Assembly: GCA_020184695.1 (NCBI GenBank)
Contig: JAANOX010000070.1
Span: 1-64,000 of the forward strand
Source: Histomonas meleagridis 2922-C6/04-290x
Taxonomy: Eukaryota > Protista > Parabasalia
Length of the DNA stretch: 64,000 nucleotides
Reading direction: 5' to 3'
The notes below the pieces were generated by a model. It had not been told where the DNA came from and did not search any database. It worked only from the letters and a program-made list of their open reading frames with translations. Below are positions 55,084 through 64,000 of this stretch, piece by piece; the stretch's first letter is position 1, and each line of letters starts with the position of its first letter. The position numbers and the translations under genes are program-made.

Positions 55084-55803
55084 ATGAAAAGCAACGACTT
55101 CAAAGGAATTTCAACTGTTGCAAAAGGACTAACTGCAACAGGATCAAAAAGAAAGCTATTTGCACAAGAGCTTCAGTCTTTTGGAGCTGCTATTCATGAA
55201 TTAATTTCATCACAAAACCTCGATGACGAAATTCAAGTTCAAAAAATTGTTATCTATATTAATGAAATGGTTGAACTGCATCAAGTACTTTCAGCTCAAG
55301 AAGAAAGAAGTGGTGATGATATTCGCGATATTTGCGAAAGATACGTTTGCCTTTTTAGAGCATTTAAAGAATACACAAAATGTAAGGACAATTTTAAGAA
55401 AGCAACCGATGAACTTGAATCTGCTAAAAAAAAGAAGGAAAATGAACAATCTAAACCTACATATGAAAAGAATCAACCAAAATTAGATGCAGCAATTGAT
55501 AAAGCCAAATCCATTGCAACAGATGCATTGGAGAAACTCAAAGAAGCAACAAAAGAATTTATTTTACAGAAAGAAAAGTTCAATATATTTAAGATACGAA
55601 GAGCTACTGAAGGATGGGTTAGATATTCCACATCACACGTAAGCACATGTGAAAAAGAGTCCGAGTTATTAGGGAAGATTGCTACCGAACTTAAATTGTT
55701 ATCCGAAAAACAATATTCTGAAAATAATTTTCAAGATGAGGAATATCCTCAACAAGTGGCTCAAGAAATTTCATCACAACCATTGTATGATGATTTTGAA
55801 TAA
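55084..55803 (+). CDS. BAR/Vps5-like coiled-coil protein
   Basis: Three long amphipathic helices with heptads; typical size of a BAR domain. Probable ATG at 55084. Confidence 0.55.
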   Translation: MKSNDFKGISTVAKGLTATGSKRKLFAQELQSFGAAIHELISSQNLDDEIQVQKIVIYINEMVELHQVLSAQEERSGDDIRDICERYVCLFRAFKEYTKCKDNFKKATDELESAKKKKENEQSKPTYEKNQPKLDAAIDKAKSIATDALEKLKEATKEFILQKEKFNIFKIRRATEGWVRYSTSHVSTCEKESELLGKIATELKLLSEKQYSENNFQDEEYPQQVAQEISSQPLYDDFE

Positions 55804-55981
55804 ATAAAATATTTCAAAAAAAATCTTAATCAAAGAAAAATAATTACCAATTAAATTTCATTTCTATTGAGTTATTAGATTTTAAAAATATAATCACAAG
55901 TCATTAAAAGGTTTGGAAATAATGTTTAGAGTGAAATATTTATTTCCATTAAAAGTTTGTAAACGGCCTTTTTCACTTAAC

Positions 55982-56980
55982 ATGTCAAAAATGAACAATG
56001 CGATGATGAAAAATTTTCAGGGAACAATCCCACAACCAATGCTTACCCAAAGGCAACCAATGATGGTACAGCGTAATTACACAGGCAATCAAAGAAAAAA
56101 GAATACAGCTCCAAAACATGCTACAGTACCTGGATATCCCCAAATGATACCAATTCCAAATCCTGATCCCATGAAATACATTCCAATTAGCCCTCAACAA
56201 ATGGCTTGCCAAATGCATCCTCCAACATTTCCCTTGCCCGTCATTTTCCAATCAGCTAGCCAACCTCAGCAATTCAATATTGTTCAAAAGATTAAAGTAG
56301 ATCCTCAACTTTTCCCAAAGAAACGACCTGATTGCAAAATTATTGCCATCATATTTTCACGTTTTCAAGATAATCGTGTTATTAACATACGTGAAATTTT
56401 TAAACTCAGAGTCTTTAACAACCTACTTTCTGGAGACACATTTGGCGAAGATGGTAAAATTCAATATTATTACATTTGTGATGAATCTCAAATTGCCAAT
56501 GTTGAAATTGAAATTAGTTTTCCTGATGTTGCATTATCCAATCAGTTTCTTCTTTTCCTTCAAAGTGTTCAAGATAAAACACCCGAAATGATTCTTCGAG
56601 ATATATATCGAACTAAAATTCCCGAATCCATAAATAATTTTCCATATGTTAAGTGCCCACAATGCGGTACTGTTCTAAATACTAAGAAGCTGTATATCAC
56701 AACGCTGGAGACATACAACTGCCCATGTCCGAAATGCAAATGCCCGTTAATTTTGAGAGGTTTACAACTCGCATCATGGAAAGACGAAGCGGAAGAAGCG
56801 CGAAAAGGAAGAATCAAAGTATACTATTTGTTTTCAATTAATTTGTCAAATGATAAAAGAGAGCCCGACTTATGTTCATATATATTTGATAATGACGTGA
56901 ATAGCGAAATTGTTGATATGCAACAACAAGAAGAAGATAAAAACGCAACGCGATTAATCGGATTCGATGATATGTTTTGA
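55982..56980 (+). CDS. Pro/Gln-rich protein with a C-terminal Cys cluster (degenerate SP-RING/MIZ-like zinc finger)
   Basis: VKCPQC..YNCPCPKCKCPL; low-complexity N-terminus. Confidence 0.45.
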   Translation: MSKMNNAMMKNFQGTIPQPMLTQRQPMMVQRNYTGNQRKKNTAPKHATVPGYPQMIPIPNPDPMKYIPISPQQMACQMHPPTFPLPVIFQSASQPQQFNIVQKIKVDPQLFPKKRPDCKIIAIIFSRFQDNRVINIREIFKLRVFNNLLSGDTFGEDGKIQYYYICDESQIANVEIEISFPDVALSNQFLLFLQSVQDKTPEMILRDIYRTKIPESINNFPYVKCPQCGTVLNTKKLYITTLETYNCPCPKCKCPLILRGLQLASWKDEAEEARKGRIKVYYLFSINLSNDKREPDLCSYIFDNDVNSEIVDMQQQEEDKNATRLIGFDDMF

Positions 56981-57169
56981 ATGTGTATATATTTTGTAAA
57001 TAAAAATCTATTATTAAATAAAATAATACATATTAATAAACCATTTACATCAAACGCAATTCATTCCCTCATTCATGATGTAAGCAAAATAATTATGAAA
57101 AAGTAATTTTATTTCTTATCTACAAAGTTTTCAGTAAGAGTTCCCACAAGAGCATCAACGATAATTAAT

Positions 57170-57370
57170 TAATTTTTTGGAACTTCAGGTTCAGTTGCAA
57201 CTCCTTTAGATTTGTGATATTCTTTTATGACTGTTTCAAATAGTGTTCATGAACACCTTCTCCTGTCTTAGCAGACGTTTCAATAAATTGTACCCCTAAA
57301 CGTTCTGAATATGCTTTTTTTCTTCACTTTTAATAGTACGTTCATTTTCTAAATCAATTTGATTTCGGCA
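57170..57370 (-). pseudogene. C-terminal fragment of a Rab/Ras GTPase, frameshifted (ends approximate)
   Basis: NQIDLENERTI, then YSERLGVQFIETSAKTGEGV, then LFETVI in shifting frames. Preceded by coiled-coil-like fragments (57380-57760). Confidence 0.55.
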
Positions 57371-57968
57371 ATTTTTTCTTCGTTTTCATCCAAATTCTTT
57401 TGCAACCTTTATTTTCGTTCTTTACCATTTCACCTTCATTTCTCAAATATTCAATTATTTTGTTTCAGTTTCTGATATTTGTTTTAATAAATTTTGTAAT
57501 TTATTTGATTATTATTCATAATTTAAATTTAATTCTTTATAATTTATCATTTTTTGCATTTTAATTTCAATTGTATTTTCTGAATTATTTAAAGAATTTA
57601 ATAATTTTTCATTTTTTGTTTTATATTTCACACAAATATTTTTCAATTTTTTATTATTAAAATTCATTTCATGAATTAAATTTGTTTTGTTTTTGAGAAT
57701 TTTTTGCTCAAGAAGTAAATTATTTTTAACAATCAAATAATATGAAAAATGAATACACAAATTATTAATAAAAAATCTGACGTTTTGCTCCGCCTATTTT
57801 TTATCTCTCAAATTTAATTGCAGTAAAATGACATTCACATTATTTTTTTGACACAGGAATTGACAAGGTTTGTCTGTAGCAAAAAACAATTTCCCTTAAA
57901 TTTGAAATGTTAATTTTTTCAAATCACGCAGTAATTACCCAATCTAAGAAATGTTTAAAAAGATTTGT

Positions 57969-58640
57969 TTATCTTTCAGAGATATCGAAAATTATTGGCT
58001 TGAATATATTGACAAATTTTCTTGTGTCAATACCAAATTTTACATCCACTTCGCCTCCTCCGAGCCAGAAAAATGGAGGGTTTATTGCAGCTATTCTTTG
58101 ACTCATAATAATCGGGATAACGTATTTTTCGTATCCTTTTCGTGGATTTAAGTAAACTGGAGTCATTGCATTGTGTTCTGCACCGCTCAGCTTTCCTGCT
58201 ATGTCCTCAGGGGCGAGCTTAACTTGGGAAACTTTGGTTTTAAGAGCCGTAGAAATAGCACTCATTAACTTTTGATTATCAATTCTATCATTGTATTGAA
58301 CCATTACGCAAACATATTGAAGCTCTGGTTTTGGAGCATCTTGTACTTCATAAATAACACATTTTGTAAGTTGATCAATTGTTTGAGCCCCTACACATTG
58401 ACGACGATATTCTAAGTCCTTCTTTTCGTAGTAATCACTAGGGACACGCCTAGCAGCACAAAATCCAGTTAAATTTTTATCGATAGACATTTTAATAAGG
58501 CCTGAATCTATATGATCTTCCTCACGAAATGGCGGTTCTGGAATAACAACTTTTTTATCGAAAACAATTGCCTCTAGTTCAGAAACATGCTTTTCTAAAG
58601 CAACAATCTTTTGTTCAAGCATAGAAAAGTGGCTAGACAT
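57969..58640 (-). CDS. YbaK/ProX-type aminoacyl-tRNA editing domain protein
   Basis: DQLTKCVIYE..YVCVMVQY..KLSGAEHNAMTP..FWLGGGEVDVK. Probable ATG at 58640. Confidence 0.8.
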   Translation of the reverse strand: MSSHFSMLEQKIVALEKHVSELEAIVFDKKVVIPEPPFREEDHIDSGLIKMSIDKNLTGFCAARRVPSDYYEKKDLEYRRQCVGAQTIDQLTKCVIYEVQDAPKPELQYVCVMVQYNDRIDNQKLMSAISTALKTKVSQVKLAPEDIAGKLSGAEHNAMTPVYLNPRKGYEKYVIPIIMSQRIAAINPPFFWLGGGEVDVKFGIDTRKFVNIFKPIIFDISER

Positions 58641-60156
58641 TGGGATGTCCCAAAACCTCAAAAAGTGATGGTCATTTCGACTAAATACTGATTGAAAATT
58701 AAATTAAGTAAAGTTATTAAATAAGATAAACGTTCTCTTCATAGCGAACTCAGAGTAGATGAAACATTAAATATTTCATTAATTTAGGATAGCATTGGAT
58801 AATAATATATATATTTTTTATTGCAAGTCACTAAGCCCACAAAATTTTTGCTCTTAGACCCAAATTAGGCCCCAACAAAACTCCTATATATTGTGAAAAA
58901 TTTTTTAAAATACGAAAATAAACTGTTACTATTGCTATAGCAACTCCGTTATGGAGTGGCCCGCCCTTATGCCCAAAAAGATCGTTTATCTACGTAGATT
59001 GAGAACAAACGATAGAAAAATTCACCATCAACAAGTCGTTTTTCACAGAAAAAACTATCGTTGAATAATCAAAAGTGGGTTGAAGGAACGGGCATTCTTT
59101 GCAAACGATCGTATTCAATTTAAAAAGTGAATACCATTTAAACTTGTTCACCAAACCGCCGGAAATTCGTAGTAACGATAAGTATATTGAATGCTATCAA
59201 TAATTGCCCACCAAACCGCCGGGGTTTCAGAGTGTATTGTTGATGTAAAGCACTAATTCTATTCAATTACCATGATTTGCCCAAAAAATTCGGTTTTGAC
59301 CACAAAAATCCACCCTACAAGTTCAAATCAATTTTTGAAAGTTTCGTTGACTCAATGCCTTCTAAGAGGAAATATAGTGATTACAAATGTTAAAAAAAAT
59401 ATGCAACAAGAAGTTTATGCAAATTACATGATTTAATCAATATTTCTAAAAATCATTTTTAATATTATATATTTAAAAATATTTTATTAAAATCAGAAAA
59501 CTTTTGAACAAAATTAAGGGAATCATAAAAAATATATCAAAGAAGAAATTGGTCAGAATGAAATTGCAAAAAAATTGAAAAGATGAACAAGTAAGCTTCG
59601 AAAAATGTTAATGCAAAAAGATTAAAAAATTTGTCAATCAATTTAATATTTTTAATATAGGTCCTAGGTTTCCCTTCAACCAATATTTAATTTAAATTAA
59701 AGGTCGTTTGAATATTGGTTAATTGATTCTGACTACCTGAGAACTCCAAGAAACCCACTATGTTTTTTTACAAAAATCAGTATGTTATTGTTTGCTGCAA
59801 AATGTTAATACAATGTTCATGTTTATACCTTAAACCCACACAAGATATAAATAGGTATCTGGAAAAAAATATATATATATTTCACTTTTTGAACATGATT
59901 CTATTAAAACCGATCAAAAAATGCTGCTAGTTTTTTAGAGCTATCACGGTGCCCCTTTTGAAATTTGTGCACCAACAAAAATGCTCAATTTTTCCGATAC
60001 AACCGTTACTTTTTATGAACATTATTGGCAAAACTGTAAATATTCAAAAGTTGATATATTCAAAATTTGATCGGATGGTCTTTGATTGTGTCAAATTCAA
60101 TAATATACGGTTAACGAATTCAATAACTTCATAACATTTTCCGGCCACATTATTAT

Positions 60157-61750
60157 ATGTTTATACTTGTTTCCCTATTTTTTGAGCTATCATTTCAAGC
60201 AGAACCTATAGAAAGTAATAAAGTAATTAATATGCTAAAAGATGATCAAAGATTGTCATCAGATTTAACATCAAAATCTTTCATTTATCCAAAAATGAAG
60301 AACCTAGATCAAAAAACACTTTCTTTTTCAAATGCCCCATGTTCGGAGAGAGATTCAAAAGGAAATACATTATCAAACGAAAAGAAGAAACTCGCTGAAC
60401 TTTCTCTAACGTATACAAATTCTCTTTCATATACAGAAACCAACACAAACATACCCACAAGTTCCCCATCAATCACATATTCCAATAAACTTACATTATC
60501 ATATTATGACATACCAACAAATTCTCCTACAATCTCTCCATCTCTCACTCCATCAAATATATTAATACAAACGTATACAACGTCATTTGTCGAGTCAATG
60601 ACGCAATCACCTACAAATGTTCAAGTTACAACTTATCTGTTCCATACTCATATATCTCATATGTCAACTCGCAAACGCGTATTCAAACAAGAACAAGAAC
60701 GAGCACAAGGATTGTAACCACCTCATTTTCATACTCGAAAACATTTACTGCAGTGAGTGATCCTGTTCTAATGCTTTACTTCTGTAACAATTACTTTCAC
60801 TTTCAGGGTAGCCATAACGTCATATTACTCCACTTCCACATCTACTTATTCAAACGTATTAGTGCCAACTCAAGTTTTTCACCCAAACTGATTCTTTAAC
60901 AGATTCAATATTATATGTTCAATCAATGACTTATTCTCCAGTTCCATCACTAACACTTGCAAATTCTATTACTTTGTCACATACATTTACACCATCAATA
61001 ACACAAATTTCATTACTTGACGAGACTTATATGTTGGAAACTTCATTTACATTTGTTCCATCAAGTTCATTAACGATTACAAATACATTAACTAATACTC
61101 TCTCATTAACACATACTGAAACAATAACACCAGAATATGAAAAGTCAACAATAATCACTGAGTTACCAACAACAACATCAGAGTTATTAACGACAACAAC
61201 AACAGATATATCACAGACAACATCTGATATATCGACACAAATCAATACAGATATATCAGAAGAAACATCAGAATCATTTTCATTAACACTTTCAAATACA
61301 CAAACAATTACACAAACAATTACATTGACATTTTATACAGTCACATATTCATTTACAATTTCTTTATTTGGTTCTGATCAAACTCATTCTTTAACAGAGC
61401 TGATTTATTACCATTATACTATTATTCATTATATAACATATTTCTCCGATTTCTTTGCTGTTCAAAATCAAGAAGATGCAGATGATAAACATAAACTTAG
61501 TAATGGTATAATTATTGGTGTTGTCATTGCATGTGTTGTTGTTGTTATAATAATTGTTTTAATTATTGTATTCGCTGTTCGACATATGCGAAATCAAAAA
61601 GCATTTTTGGAATCTGACGAAACTTCACACGAAGTCGTTGTTGATAATAGTGCAGAAACTAATATGGTTAATGGCATTTTAGATATGGGCAACGTGAAAG
61701 AAGATCCATTCGCAAAAGATTTCGAAGAACAAGAATTCATTAACCTTTAA
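60157..61750 (+). pseudogene. Ser/Thr-rich (mucin-like) type I surface protein with DPF tail, interrupted by at least 3 frameshifts at ~60630-60900
   Basis: Signal peptide in ORF 60157-60717. S/T-rich sequence continues in alternating frames across the gap. ORF 60926-61750 has the TM segment and EDPFAKDFEE tail. Confidence 0.6.
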
Positions 61751-62588
61751 GTGTATATAAGCTACGGAATTTTATATACTTTTATAGTAAATAAAACGTA
61801 TCTTTTATTTATTTTAAAATGCATTTCATAAATTTTTATAATGTTATTATATGTTACGAGTTAAGTTTTACGCTTTATATATTCGTAAGTATAACCTTTT
61901 GATATATTATAACTGATTTTAAAGACAAAATTACGAGGATTGTTGAAGAGGTGTTTTTGAGAATTGGCCACATATTAGCGCAAAGAATTTTCGGAAATAG
62001 ACTCTATTTGGACATTTATTGTAAAATATTTTTTACTTCATTAATTCTCCAAAAAAGAGAATTGAAAAAAGAAAAATAATTTCTGTTCTGAAATTCTTTC
62101 GATTACTGAAATGAAATCTTTTCCCGAAAGGAAAACTTTTAAAAATTCTTTGGCTTTTAGCGAATTCACTACATATTCAATAAAAATTAAAATTTTACAA
62201 AATATTGTCGAATTCCATGTGAGCATGTTCGTCACAGAATGAAATTCTTAAGAACTTGAGATTTTTTCATATCTGACAAGCTTCGCTTCGCGTGGTTTGC
62301 GAAGCGTAGCAAACCAACAAATTATTTAAAAATAATGTTAAAGTTAAAAAAAAAAATACTATTTAATAACATACAAATAAATATTCTAAAAATTATATAA
62401 ATTTTAATTAAAAAATTTAAAGAATCACAAAATAACTTTTAAATTTAATAAAACAAAATATCAAAATGAATTATCATTTTTTACTTATTCAAAAGTATTT
62501 TCACCATTTTTATATATAATAGACTCATTGAGATATAGATATTTTCATATCTGATTAAAACACAAAACATTTAGAATTTGTAAACTGT

Positions 62589-63206
62589 TTATTTAGATTT
62601 CAAAAGTTTTGCTATTTGTGGAAGTCTTCCTGCTTCGGCAAGTTGAAGACGTCCTTCGAAAGAATTGTCGCAGCTGATTGTCCTGGTATCATTTGTGATG
62701 ATTGCACCTCCGATCAGAGAATCAGATAAAACATCATCGTCGCTTACTGATGCGTCAAAGCCTAATTCGCTCAATTTATCAAGGCATTCATTTGCAAGTG
62801 GTATATCTTCTTTAACAACTCGAATAACTGATTTCTTTTCATTTAATGTTTTGAGACCTTGCTTGATCAAATCACAAAGAACGTCCTTATACTCACTCTT
62901 TTGTCGGAACTCTTTTAACTTTTTGCGAGCTCCATTCATCGCTTCTTCGATAATTTCTTCTTGGCATTTTAAGATATTAATTCTCTGTTCGTTTTTCGAT
63001 ACTGAATATGAAATCTTAGCATTCCTTGTGATCTCGTTTCGCTGGAGTTCGAAATCATTATTGAGCTTTGAATATGATTTATTGATAAGTTTTTGGAGAT
63101 CGGCATTATATGTTTCGCGTGAAACAAAGTCAATTTCTTCAGCGCGAAGTCTGACTTGATACAAAGCAAATTGCTCATTGCGCATTGCGGCTGTGCTCGT
63201 AGACAT
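62589..63206 (-). CDS. ATP6V1E: V-type ATPase subunit E
   Basis: RAEEID..KISYSVSKNEQRINILKCQEEII..Y..LCDLIKQGL..IGGAII..TISCDNSFEGRL. Confidence 0.88.
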   Translation of the reverse strand: MSTSTAAMRNEQFALYQVRLRAEEIDFVSRETYNADLQKLINKSYSKLNNDFELQRNEITRNAKISYSVSKNEQRINILKCQEEIIEEAMNGARKKLKEFRQKSEYKDVLCDLIKQGLKTLNEKKSVIRVVKEDIPLANECLDKLSELGFDASVSDDDVLSDSLIGGAIITNDTRTISCDNSFEGRLQLAEAGRLPQIAKLLKSK

Positions 63207-63789
63207 TTTGTGTTTGCTTGGTTTGAAGGGTAAAAATAACGGTTATTTGGGGCAATACAAGAGATGATAAACACTGAAAATGAAATTATATCATCATTCA
63301 TATAATTTAATTACAAACACACATTATTGTTATAAAACTCAAAATCGCCCAGAGTTGAGTTAAAATATTTTTATAATTTAAATTTAGATTAATCTTTTTT
63401 TAATTCAAGCACATTTGAAATATGAAAATTAAACCATAAATATATATGTATACACAAGAAGTTACGAAAAGAAAGAAATGTACTTTTGAAAATGGTCTCC
63501 ATTAAAAAATTCTTAAATATTAACACTATTCAAATCATATTTCATATGTACATAAAAAAACATATTTTATACTTAAACCAAGTACATTTTTTTGGTTAAA
63601 TATCTTTTGTTAAATAAAGCTTTGATCTGTTCTTCAAATTATATTTGATTATGAATAATTTTTAAAAAATCAAATATTTTATGACAATTTCGAAGAAAAC
63701 AAACAAAAAAGAATATAAGAGCTTTTAGGAAATATAGTAATTTAGCTAGATAATATTTTATGCCTATTTTTTTGCAAAATGTAAATTGA

Positions 63790-64000
63790 GTCAAATTATA
63801 TCGTATTTCGTGAATTTGAACAATGTGTTTTCTATGAAATTTGATCGGTAAAAGTTAGAACAGATGGATTCTTCTGAATCGCTCATTTTAAAAGCAACAG
63901 TGACGGGTTCCTCTTTATTCCAACTATCCCAAAGTGTTGTTGTTTATCGTGCTTCTGTTGCTTATCTTCTCCAACATATTCAATTATTTCTTCGAGCAAT
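63790..64000 (-). CDS. probable 3' end of a gene entering from the right edge, product unknown
   Basis: Higher-GC, coding-like sequence (LLEEIIEYVG.. and LWDSWNKEEPVTVAFKM.. in two frames). Confidence 0.3.

Noticed and set aside
97-63301. Many 60-165 aa ORFs antisense to or overlapping larger genes (e.g. 41500-41952, 62665-63159, 34237-34557, 21976-22299) and AT-rich ORFs such as 37911-38282
   Set aside because: No recognisable motifs. They are explained as shadows of the opposite-strand coding sequence or as low-complexity DNA.

Overview
AT-rich, gene-dense eukaryotic DNA with almost no canonical introns and the standard genetic code. It is most consistent with a parabasalid (Trichomonas/Tritrichomonas-like) protist. 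This is inferred from the DUF3447-ankyrin genes, BspA-type LRR surface proteins, R2R3 Myb, several Rab paralogues and M3/M5-type core promoters. The window holds about 35 protein genes or gene remnants (trafficking, ribosomal, transport and surface proteins) and two tRNA genes (Val-AAC, Ser-CGA). The standout feature is in the two paralogous DUF3447-ankyrin genes (26365-29490 + and 43451-45482 -). Every C-terminal ankyrin repeat is separated from the next by an AT-rich, usually stop-containing and frame-shifting insert at the same position of the repeat. There are 17 such junctions. The linker is exactly 80 nt in 11 of them, none has GT..AG ends, and 14 carry the GG of an ATTTGGAATT-like motif at a fixed offset (motif start 27 nt before the next repeat). 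The insert takes the place of the conserved Gly of the ankyrin G-x-T-A-L motif, while all repeat cores are free of stops and frameshifts. This points to an unexplained excision or recoding system (non-canonical splicing, ribosomal bypass or DNA-level excision). It is an inference and needs RNA or protein data. Several other genes are broken by small indels, often in A-runs, so local assembly error or pseudogenisation has to be kept in mind. Family names come from my recognition of motifs, not from database searches.
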